From a virus (Duplodnaviria; Caudoviricetes), in IMG/VR virus record IMGVR_UViG_2974613666_000001, positions 32,001 to 96,000 of that record: a stretch of 64,000 nucleotides of DNA. One strand, given 5' to 3'. How positions within the stretch are numbered: the first letter of the stretch is position 1; every line of letters starts with the position of its first letter. Positions 10,049 to 17,758 of the stretch are shown one piece after another. A model generated the notes under the pieces. It did no database searches, was not told the DNA's origin, and saw only the letters and a list, made by a program, of their open reading frames with translations. Position numbers and translations under genes: made by a program.

Positions 10049-11236
10049 ATGCTTAATCTTACTTACACCTACAAATTACAACCAACAGCGAAACAGATAG
10101 AAACCATAGAGCATAATCTCAACGTGTGTAAGTCTGTTTGGAACTATGCTCTATACGTCAGAAAGCTCTGGTACAATAGCCGTAGTTGTAAGATTAACCA
10201 ATGCTCTCTATTTCAGGAATATGTTGTTGAACCTTTTGAGTATCCTAACTACCATACTAAGTCTTCTGAATTAACACTTGCTAAAAAGACTAATCCTTTT
10301 CTTAAATCTGGTAATGCCCAAGCCATGCAGCAGACATTACGTAAGTTGGATAGAGCATTCAATGATATGAAGTCTAGAGGAATGGGGTTTCCTAGATACA
10401 AGAAAAAGATGAAGTCTTTTAATTTGTTAGGAGGTATATCAGTTCAAGGAAATATACTCAAGATGCCTCTACTTAAAGAGGTTAAGTTTAGAAAGTCAAG
10501 AGAAATTCCAGAAGGGTTCAAGGCTAAGCAAGTACAAATCATTAAAAAGGCAAGCGGTTACTACGCTAATTTAATGATAGAGCTTGATGTTAATGTTGCT
10601 AGTCCTACACCTCATGGTCATGCCTTGGGGATTGATGTAGGTATTCAAAACATGATAGCAACTTCCGACGGGTTGACGCTAAAAAGACCTAAGTTCCTAG
10701 ATAAAGCACTGCGTAAGATTAAATTACTACAAAGGAAGCTTAAAAAGAAAACTATTGGGTCTAATAACTGGAGAAGTCTGCAACATCGGATTGCTTTGTT
10801 ACATGAGGCTGTAGCAAATAGGCGTAAAGATTACCATTTTAAATTAGCTCACCAGTTGTGCGGAAATTCGGGAATGATATTTGTTGAAGATATTAACTTT
10901 GTAGCTTGGAGCAAAGGTTCATTTTCAAAACAGTCTCTAGATATGTGTCTAGGTCAATTCTTCAACATCCTTGAGTATGTCTGCTCTCAGACTGACACCT
11001 ACTTCAGTAAAGTAGATAAAAACTACACTTCTCAGATTTGCCCTAATTGTGGAACTCACACAGGTAAAAAAGACCTAAGTGTGAGGGTGCATAAATGTTC
11101 TGAATGTGGGTATGAGCGAGATAGAGACATAGCTGCTGCTGAAGTAATAAGAAATAGGGGTTTAGATAATATTGCGGTAGGAACTGCCGTGATTAAACAG
11201 TCCAGTAATGGCGTTCTAGCGGGGACTTCGGTCTAG
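10049..11236 (+). CDS. tnpB: TnpB RNA-guided endonuclease (IS200/IS605, IS1341-type)
   Basis: N-terminal YKLQPT motif, RuvC GIDVG / FVEDIN / DRDIAAA, and zinc finger CPNC..CSEC. A right-end hairpin and TTCAA lie at 11276-11280. Confidence 0.95.
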   Translation: MLNLTYTYKLQPTAKQIETIEHNLNVCKSVWNYALYVRKLWYNSRSCKINQCSLFQEYVVEPFEYPNYHTKSSELTLAKKTNPFLKSGNAQAMQQTLRKLDRAFNDMKSRGMGFPRYKKKMKSFNLLGGISVQGNILKMPLLKEVKFRKSREIPEGFKAKQVQIIKKASGYYANLMIELDVNVASPTPHGHALGIDVGIQNMIATSDGLTLKRPKFLDKALRKIKLLQRKLKKKTIGSNNWRSLQHRIALLHEAVANRRKDYHFKLAHQLCGNSGMIFVEDINFVAWSKGSFSKQSLDMCLGQFFNILEYVCSQTDTYFSKVDKNYTSQICPNCGTHTGKKDLSVRVHKCSECGYERDRDIAAAEVIRNRGLDNIAVGTAVIKQSSNGVLAGTSV

Positions 11237-11415
11237 TTAAGAGTCTAAATGGGAATCCCTTATCTTTAAGGGAAGTTCAACCTAATGAGCTTCTTGCTTC
11301 TCCTTTCAGTTTCAATCACTGATAAGGGTTATAGAGTTTTTTCTGCCAAAACATATAAATTTCCGAAGATAAAATATAGTCTAGGTCAAATAATTGGCAC
11401 AAAGCTCAAAAGAAA

Positions 11416-11895
11416 GTGGCAAAATTGCATGAACATATTGCTAATACTAGAAAGGACTTTCATTGGAAAATAGCACATCAACTTTGTGATACTGCTCAAA
11501 CTATCTTTGTAGAAGATTTGAATTTAGTGGGATTGTCCAGGGGAATACTTGGCAAGCATTGTCTAGATGCTGGATGGGGACAATTCTTTGAAATTCTGGA
11601 GCAGTGTTGTTTTAAGCGTGGTGTATTTTTCCAGAAAGTAGATAGCCGAAAGACTTCTCAGATTTGCCCTAATTGTAGAATAGAAACGGGTAAAAAAGAG
11701 TTGTCACAGCGTGTTCATGTTTGTGAACATTGTGGCTATACAACTGATAGAGATGTTGCAGCCGCTCAAGTAGTTCTGATTAGAGGACTTGCAGCCGTCG
11801 GGCAGACGGTAAATATGCTTGCTGAGGGTAAATTCGTTGGAATCCCTGTGACGCAAGAATCCCCCCGGCTAGAAGCCGGGGGGAGTGTCAAGTGA
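11416..11895 (+). pseudogene. tnpB: C-terminal fragment of a second TnpB with an intact right end
   Basis: Has FVEDLN, CPNC..CEHC and DRDVAAA but lacks the N-terminus and RuvC-I. Right end is CCCCCCGGCTAGAAGCCGGGGGGAGTGTCAA, ending at 11891. Confidence 0.85.
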
Positions 11896-11932
11896 ATCTT
11901 GATTTAGATGTAGCGTTGGATGAACACGAATA

Positions 11933-12367
11933 ATGCGACCGCCAATAATGATCGCCTCGCAGCGCAATCTATCCCCATTGTTAGGTTACACCGATGTCAG
12001 GTGCGATCGTGCATCTGTACTTGGTAATCCTTTTGAACTAACCCATGAGTCACAACGTCCACAAGTTTGCGCTGCTTACAAGGATTATTTTGGACGTAAT
12101 CTGGTAGCTTCTATTTTTACACCTGGTGAACCTGTGAAAGTTGGTAGTTATGGTTTGCAGATTGCTAGAACTTTTAAAAACCCAACGCCACAGCAATTTG
12201 TAGCCGAATTAAACAGGCTTTATGATTTAGCTTTATCAGGTGTGAAACTTAGGTTGCTTTGCTGGTGTAAGCCTCTACCCTGTCATGTTGATACCATTCA
12301 GGAATATTTACTTTTTTCCATTGGCTATAAGGTAGAAATAGCACCATGCCAGATCAAACTTTTTTAG
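11933..12367 (+). CDS. DUF4326-family protein
   Basis: GNPF and LLCWCKPLPCHVD motifs. Confidence 0.8.
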   Translation: MRPPIMIASQRNLSPLLGYTDVRCDRASVLGNPFELTHESQRPQVCAAYKDYFGRNLVASIFTPGEPVKVGSYGLQIARTFKNPTPQQFVAELNRLYDLALSGVKLRLLCWCKPLPCHVDTIQEYLLFSIGYKVEIAPCQIKLF

Positions 12368-12379
12368 ATAGATAAAATA

Positions 12380-12598
12380 ATGGCATCAATAAATAGACTG
12401 AAACCTGGACAAACAGTTTACATCCCAACTAGAGGAGGGTCAGTAATAAAATATGACAGCTACATTGAAATCCACATTCAAGAAGTCAATGTTGAATCTG
12501 GTTATGTGATCGCTAAATCTGGACACATACCAGGAACCAGAAAATATAACTTATCTCAGATTAAGCAGTGGAGAATAAGTAAACCTAAATCGAAGTAA
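12380..12598 (+). CDS. Small hypothetical protein
   Basis: 72-aa ORF followed by a terminator hairpin. Confidence 0.6.
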   Translation: MASINRLKPGQTVYIPTRGGSVIKYDSYIEIHIQEVNVESGYVIAKSGHIPGTRKYNLSQIKQWRISKPKSK

Positions 12599-12614
12599 CT
12601 TGATAATAAGCAAG

Positions 12615-12658
12615 ATAACCTGATAGCAGCAAACTATCAGGTTATTTTATTTTTTTAC
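12615..12658 (+). terminator. Intrinsic terminator
   Basis: ATAACCTGATAG/CTATCAGGTTAT stem followed by a T-tract. Confidence 0.7.
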
Positions 12659-12798
12659 CTTAAAAAACTTCACAACACCAAAAAACTCACCCAACACACC
12701 TTTCATCATCTCCTGCCTTTCCCTATGAGAGACGATCGCCTTGGAACCTGCTTTAATCCTGTTGCTGATATTATCCTTGTTCTGCTCTTCCATAACTA

Positions 12799-13266
12799 AT
12801 GCATGGTAAAATATTCTTACTATATCAGTTAAAACAAATGGAACGATCGCCGCAACCGGGACAGATTTGGAAGCATTTCAAAGGTAATGATTATGAGGTG
12901 CTGCTAATAACTGGTATGCCTCTCATCGGCACAAATAACCCTGATTTAGATATTTTAAGGTCTTTCTGGTCTAAAGATATTAAGCACTCAGAAACTCAGG
13001 AGACACTAACCTTGATAACTGAGTTATCTAGTGACAACGTGACTACCACACACCTGATGAATTATCAGCATGAGCTACCTAAAGTTATTAAAGAACCTCA
13101 TGTGATTTACCGCAGGTGTGATCGCGCCTATCCAGATATTTGGGCGCGACCTATGGATAATTTTTTGGATATCTTGACTGTTGAGCAATTGGCAGCAGTA
13201 CAGGTTGGTAAACACAATTTGGGGTTTGGTGAAGGTTTGGATTATAGGTTCACCAGAATAAGCTAG
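12799..13266 (+). CDS. DUF1653-like protein (likely start at 12838)
   Basis: PGQIWKHFKGNDYEV, HSET and WARPMDNF motifs. Confidence 0.75.
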   Translation: MHGKIFLLYQLKQMERSPQPGQIWKHFKGNDYEVLLITGMPLIGTNNPDLDILRSFWSKDIKHSETQETLTLITELSSDNVTTTHLMNYQHELPKVIKEPHVIYRRCDRAYPDIWARPMDNFLDILTVEQLAAVQVGKHNLGFGEGLDYRFTRIS

Positions 13267-13300
13267 TACAATTAAATAAGTAAAACAAAGGTAAAACAGA

Positions 13301-14779
13301 GTGCCAAAACGCAGCAGCAACATCAAAATTCTATATCACAAAGTCCGTCCAACCTTAGACTGTCCTGATGGTATTTATGCAGCTTATACAGCCAAGCGTA
13401 AATTCCCCACAGCACAACTAATCGGTTGTATTTATCAACAAGAACCACCAAAGGTTAACGATGGTGATAAGTTAATCATCGTAGATTTTAGTTTCCCCAT
13501 AGAAGTAATCAACGGCTGGCGCGATCGCTCCTGCGAAGTAATTCTTATCGATCACCACAAAACCCTAGTGGATAAAGTGCGTGAGTATTGCACCAAAGTA
13601 TTAATGCGCTCAATGGGTGTTTACTTACAATCAACACGTAATCAGCAATCAGCTAGTAGCGAACTAAAACAAGGTGCGTCAGCTTTATTGATTGATTCTG
13701 TTTTTAGTGCCGTCCGGGAAAAGCAAGAAGTAAAAGGTCAACCAGTATTCCAAGACTTCCTTACCTTTTTACGTTTCACAGGTTTATTCACTCAAATAAA
13801 GCAGCAGCCTGTCTGGTGTGATCGTTCCACGAGTATTAATGAGGTTTTAGATTTAGACTTCAGCAGCGATCGTCCTGAAGATTATACACATGATCAGTGG
13901 GAAGTTTTTAAAGAGTTCCACACCTTAATCATTACCCAGATTGAGAAGTTTATGGATGTGAAAGGAGTAGCCAGCCTATTCAGATACTTCTCAGACGGTG
14001 AGTTAAGTTTTGATATTAAAAAGTGTGGTGCTGTGTTGACGTGGGAGTATTTCTTTCCCGATGAACCAGTGCCAGCGCTGTTACTGTTTGCACAGGATAG
14101 GGATTTGTGGGTGTGGAGATTACCCCATTCTAAGCAGATAAATGAGGCTTTAGCTCACGTTGGGCGCACTCAGGCGATTTACGATGAACTGTTACCCCTT
14201 ACTTTAGAACAGTTGACTAATCGCTTTATTGATTTAGGTAATATACTGGTCAACCCTAAGTTAGAAAAAGCCAAGGAACTAGCAGCAGGGGCAGTGTGGA
14301 GAGATATTCTAGGCTATAGAGTGTTAGTGGTTGAATTGCAGTCTCTGGATGCCTACTACTACAATGATGTGATGGAGTACCTGTACACTCACAATCCTGA
14401 CTCACCTTTTGTAGCCACTTATATTAAGTTGCCTGATGATGCTGGGTACAAGTTTAGTTTTAGATCACCTCAAATATATGATGGCTTCGATGTTAGTTCT
14501 ATTGCTGCAAAGTTCGGTGGTGGGGGGCATTTTTTTGCTGCTGGTGCTAAATTACGCAAACTACCTTGGGAGACTACTGAGACTATCGAGACTGCCGAGA
14601 CTAACTCAATAGAGTATTTGGTTAAGTCTTTTAATGGTACTGGTGCAGAAGTCACAATGGGCAATTTCCCAAATCACTACATGGCGGAAAGATTTATCCA
14701 AGAGGTGAAAATTTACCCGACTTACTGCGATCGCCCCGTGTGGTGCGACGTGGTTGTGGATGGTGAACCAGTTGTCTAG
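13301..14779 (+). CDS. DHH/DHHA1-family phosphoesterase with a large insertion
   Basis: CPDG, VDFS, IDHHK, DRDLW, FSFRS and GGGGHFFAAG motifs. Confidence 0.85.
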   Translation: MPKRSSNIKILYHKVRPTLDCPDGIYAAYTAKRKFPTAQLIGCIYQQEPPKVNDGDKLIIVDFSFPIEVINGWRDRSCEVILIDHHKTLVDKVREYCTKVLMRSMGVYLQSTRNQQSASSELKQGASALLIDSVFSAVREKQEVKGQPVFQDFLTFLRFTGLFTQIKQQPVWCDRSTSINEVLDLDFSSDRPEDYTHDQWEVFKEFHTLIITQIEKFMDVKGVASLFRYFSDGELSFDIKKCGAVLTWEYFFPDEPVPALLLFAQDRDLWVWRLPHSKQINEALAHVGRTQAIYDELLPLTLEQLTNRFIDLGNILVNPKLEKAKELAAGAVWRDILGYRVLVVELQSLDAYYYNDVMEYLYTHNPDSPFVATYIKLPDDAGYKFSFRSPQIYDGFDVSSIAAKFGGGGHFFAAGAKLRKLPWETTETIETAETNSIEYLVKSFNGTGAEVTMGNFPNHYMAERFIQEVKIYPTYCDRPVWCDVVVDGEPVV

Positions 14780-15337
14780 TCCCAAACTGTTAGTAATTTT
14801 TAATATCATGTCACCACAAAAATTAAATCCTGAACAGGTCAGGGTTGGTTACAAAACTGAACTGGTTTTTCAGTTCGGCTTAATTTTTCTTGAGTTTTAT
14901 ACCAGATTTCCTATTTTGATATAGAAGCAAACCACAGGATCTGCATTACCAGCACCTGCAAAACCATCAGACATATATTCCTCACAAATTTCTTTTGCAA
15001 TTTGCAGTTCTTCCATATCTAATACTAGTGAGCCATCACAAACACTTAATTTCCCTGCAAGTGTAACTTCTGGTCTGTATCATCCGAGGCAACATCCCTT
15101 ATGAACTGGTTTGTTGCTTCTTTTAGAGCTTCTACTTCTGCTGCTGTAATAGGGACATTAAACATTGCGTGACCTCGTTTGGTGCAGATTTTTACTTTAC
15201 TCTCCACCGTTAAATAATGATCTTACTTTAAAACAGTTGAAACATATAGCTATACAGTTATATACTTGGTATAGTAAAAACAACTCCACTGTTACAGAAT
15301 TATCTATTAACCAGTGGAGCAATAACACATTAAAACT

Positions 15338-15820
15338 ATGACCATTATCACACACTTTTTTGATGAGTTTGAGATTCAACAATGCGACGGCGGCACTCAG
15401 ATTGGTAAGAAGCTAATCCCACACACTTATGTTAGTGCTACTCAGATGTGCAAGGCTAACAAGAAAAAACTAGCAGATTTTGCCCGACTTAAATCAACTA
15501 AAGAGTATTGGGAGGCAGTTTCTGCGGATGTGGGGATTCCCGTTTCCGGCTTGGTGATTGAGGTTGAGGGTTCACTAAACGGTGATGCAAGCATTCAAGG
15601 TACTTGGGTTGAATTAGAAATCGCCTTAGATTTAGCTAAGTGGTGCAGCACATCTTTTAGAGTTTGGGCTAATCGTTCGTTAAGACTTTTAGTTAACGGT
15701 GATTACCAAGCCTTAACACCCGATGCTGAGGAAGCTAAACAGAAAGTTCAACTCCTCTGGAATACTATCAGGAAGTCAACTGTAGTTACACGCAGCACAA
15801 TCACAGAAATAATACCGATA
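15338..15820 (+). pseudogene. KilA-N domain protein, 5' part, interrupted by an IS
   Basis: YVSATQMCKA..KK..DFARLKST..GTWV..IALDLAKW is a KilA-N signature. The 3' end of the ORF runs into IS left-end sequence. Confidence 0.8.
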
Positions 15821-15868
15821 CGCGGGAAGCCCTGCACTTTAGTGGTGGGAGGTAAGCGAACGGCGGTT

Positions 15869-16012
15869 TTAACAGCCGTCTTCTTTGCACTCTCTAATCA
15901 GTCTTTTAATTGCTGCTGACCTACTACAACCCCAATTAGCAGCAATAGCCTCTAGTTTTTTAAGTTCAACATCATCAAGATACGCAGGAACAGGATGTTT
16001 TTTAGTTGCCAT
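15869..16012 (-). CDS. CopG/RHH-family regulator (47 aa) divergent from tnpB
   Basis: MATKKHPVPAYLDDVELKKLEAIAANWGCSRSAAIKRLIRE, translated by hand. Confidence 0.75.
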   Translation of the reverse strand: MATKKHPVPAYLDDVELKKLEAIAANWGCSRSAAIKRLIRECKEDGC

Positions 16013-16036
16013 ATATAATAATAAAGTGTAAATACT

Positions 16037-17320
16037 ATGTTATTATATATTAAGGAGGTAAGAAAAATGTTTGGATGTCAACAAAATCTAATTAATCCTG
16101 ACAAAGAAATAAAAGCGATACTTGAATTTCTTTGCAGTGAGTCCCAAAAACTAACTAATTGCGGGATCTATTATTCCCGGCAATTGTTTTTCAAGACTGG
16201 CAAAATCCCTAGTCGTGCTGATTTGCATAAAGAACTAGGTACAAGGAATTTAAACCCGCACTATCAGGCTTTTTACTCTGATACAGCACAACAAATCCTA
16301 ACTACCGTAGCTGAGTCGTTTAAGTCGTTTTTTGGATCACTCAAAGCCGTTAAAGCTGGTAAAGTAACCCAAAAACCTAAACTGCCAAAATACCGTAAAG
16401 GTGGTATGGCATTAGTGACTTATACAGGTCGTTCCGTAAAGCTTGAAAACGAATTACTGCGTTTCCCCCTTGGTTCTAAGGTTAGGGCGTGGTTTGGTAT
16501 TGACGCTTTTTATCTACCAATGCCATCAAACCTTGATCACAAATCAATCAGAGAATATCGGATATTGCCTAGAAATGGCTGCTTCTATCTTGAATTAGTC
16601 TATAAAACTGAACTAATTCAGGCAGAGGTTAATCCTAGCAATGCTTTGATGATTGATCATGGCATGAATAACTGGCTAACCTGTGTTAGCAATGTTGGCA
16701 CGAGTTTTATTGTTGATGGCAAGCATCTAAAATCTATCAATCAAGGTTATAACAAGCGTGTTGCGTCTTTGACGGAAGGAAAGGCTAACGGATATTGGAC
16801 TAAACGTTTAGCCAATATTACTGAAAAGCGTAACCGTACTATGCGAGATGCTATCAACAAAGCAGCCAGAAAAGTTGTTAGGCATTGCTTGGATAGCAAG
16901 ATTGGTACAATTATTTTTGGTTGGAATGTTGGGCAAAAAGACGGCGCTAATATGGGAGCGAAGACTAACCAAAAGTTTGTCCAGATTCCTACAGGTCGCC
17001 TTAAAGAAAGAATTAAACAACTGTGTGAGCAGTATGGCCTTCAGTTTGTAGAAACTGAAGAGTCATATACTTCCAAGGCTTCGTTTATTGATAGAGATTT
17101 TCTACCTACGTTCGGCGAAAAACCTGAAGGGTGGAAAGAATCTGGTAAGCGAGTTAAGCGTGGTTTGTACCGTACTGCTCAAGGCTATTTGATTAATGCA
17201 GACTGTAATGGCGCTGCAAATATGGGTAGAAAAAACGTAGCGGTGATGCTTGGACTAAATCTAAGCGGAATCAGTAGAGGCGATTTGTCAGCGCCTTTAA
17301 GACTTAAATTATGGTCTTAA
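16037..17320 (+). CDS. tnpB: TnpB of the clade with a rearranged RuvC-II and no Zn finger (likely start at 16067)
   Basis: MFGCQQNLI start, MIDHG, IIFGWN, EESYTSKAS and INADCNGA motifs. Confidence 0.9.
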   Translation: MLLYIKEVRKMFGCQQNLINPDKEIKAILEFLCSESQKLTNCGIYYSRQLFFKTGKIPSRADLHKELGTRNLNPHYQAFYSDTAQQILTTVAESFKSFFGSLKAVKAGKVTQKPKLPKYRKGGMALVTYTGRSVKLENELLRFPLGSKVRAWFGIDAFYLPMPSNLDHKSIREYRILPRNGCFYLELVYKTELIQAEVNPSNALMIDHGMNNWLTCVSNVGTSFIVDGKHLKSINQGYNKRVASLTEGKANGYWTKRLANITEKRNRTMRDAINKAARKVVRHCLDSKIGTIIFGWNVGQKDGANMGAKTNQKFVQIPTGRLKERIKQLCEQYGLQFVETEESYTSKASFIDRDFLPTFGEKPEGWKESGKRVKRGLYRTAQGYLINADCNGAANMGRKNVAVMLGLNLSGISRGDLSAPLRLKLWS

Positions 17321-17353
17321 GAATCTCAGTCGCTTCAGCGCTGAGAGTGTCAA

Positions 17354-17518
17354 CAATCGAGAGACTATCTAACTGCTGACTGTCTCAAGCGTATTGATTT
17401 TGTAGAAGCTGCTATCTGTTTGCAAATTGATAATGATGTGGAACCCAACAAAGCCGTTATGCGAGCTATCGCTGTAAACCACATCAAAAGAATGATGCCG
17501 AAAAGGAAAGAGGTTTAA
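17354..17518 (+). pseudogene. Probable C-terminal remainder of the interrupted KilA-N gene
   Basis: Open frame QSRDYLTADCLKRIDFVEAAICLQID... begins immediately after the IS right end and has no start codon. Confidence 0.55.
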
Positions 17519-17520
17519 GT

Positions 17521-17697
17521 ATGAGTAACGACATGGATCGGATACAGATAAATTTTAGAGCGAGAGTCAAACACAAGAAGAAGCTGGAGCGCTGGGCTAA
17601 TGCTTCCAATACCACCACATCAGCCATAATTCTGAAGCTGATTGAAAACTTGCCGGAGGATGCGATCGTCCTTGAGGTTCCAGCTAGGTTGGATTAA
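17521..17697 (+). CDS. RHH-like small DNA-binding protein (58 aa)
   Basis: RIQINFRARVKHKKKLERWANASNTTTSAIILKLIENL fits the RHH pattern. Confidence 0.65.
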   Translation: MSNDMDRIQINFRARVKHKKKLERWANASNTTTSAIILKLIENLPEDAIVLEVPARLD

Positions 17698-17700
17698 ATA

Positions 17701-17745
17701 AAAAATAACCCTGTAGCCGTTACAAACTACAGGGTTATTTTTGTT
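17701..17745. terminator. Bidirectional terminator
   Basis: AAAAATAACCCTGTAG/CTACAGGGTTATTTTT between convergent genes. Confidence 0.75.
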
Positions 17746-17758
17746 TTGGTAGGTATGT

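Larger units (their letters stand above)
15821..17353 (+). mobile_element. IS200/IS605-family (IS1341-like) element carrying an RHH gene and tnpB
   Basis: Left-end GGGAAGCCCTGCACTTTAGTGGTGGG hairpin and right end CTCAGTCGCTTCAGCGCTGAGAGTGTCAA. Boundaries are approximate. Confidence 0.8.

Noticed and set aside
10049-11236. Calling this protein Cas12
   Set aside because: Size and motifs are those of an ordinary cyanobacterial TnpB and it retains an IS right end. Proximity to the array alone is insufficient.
13570-14015. Intein in the DHH protein
   Set aside because: No C-terminal His-Asn followed by Cys/Ser/Thr and no LAGLIDADG motifs.
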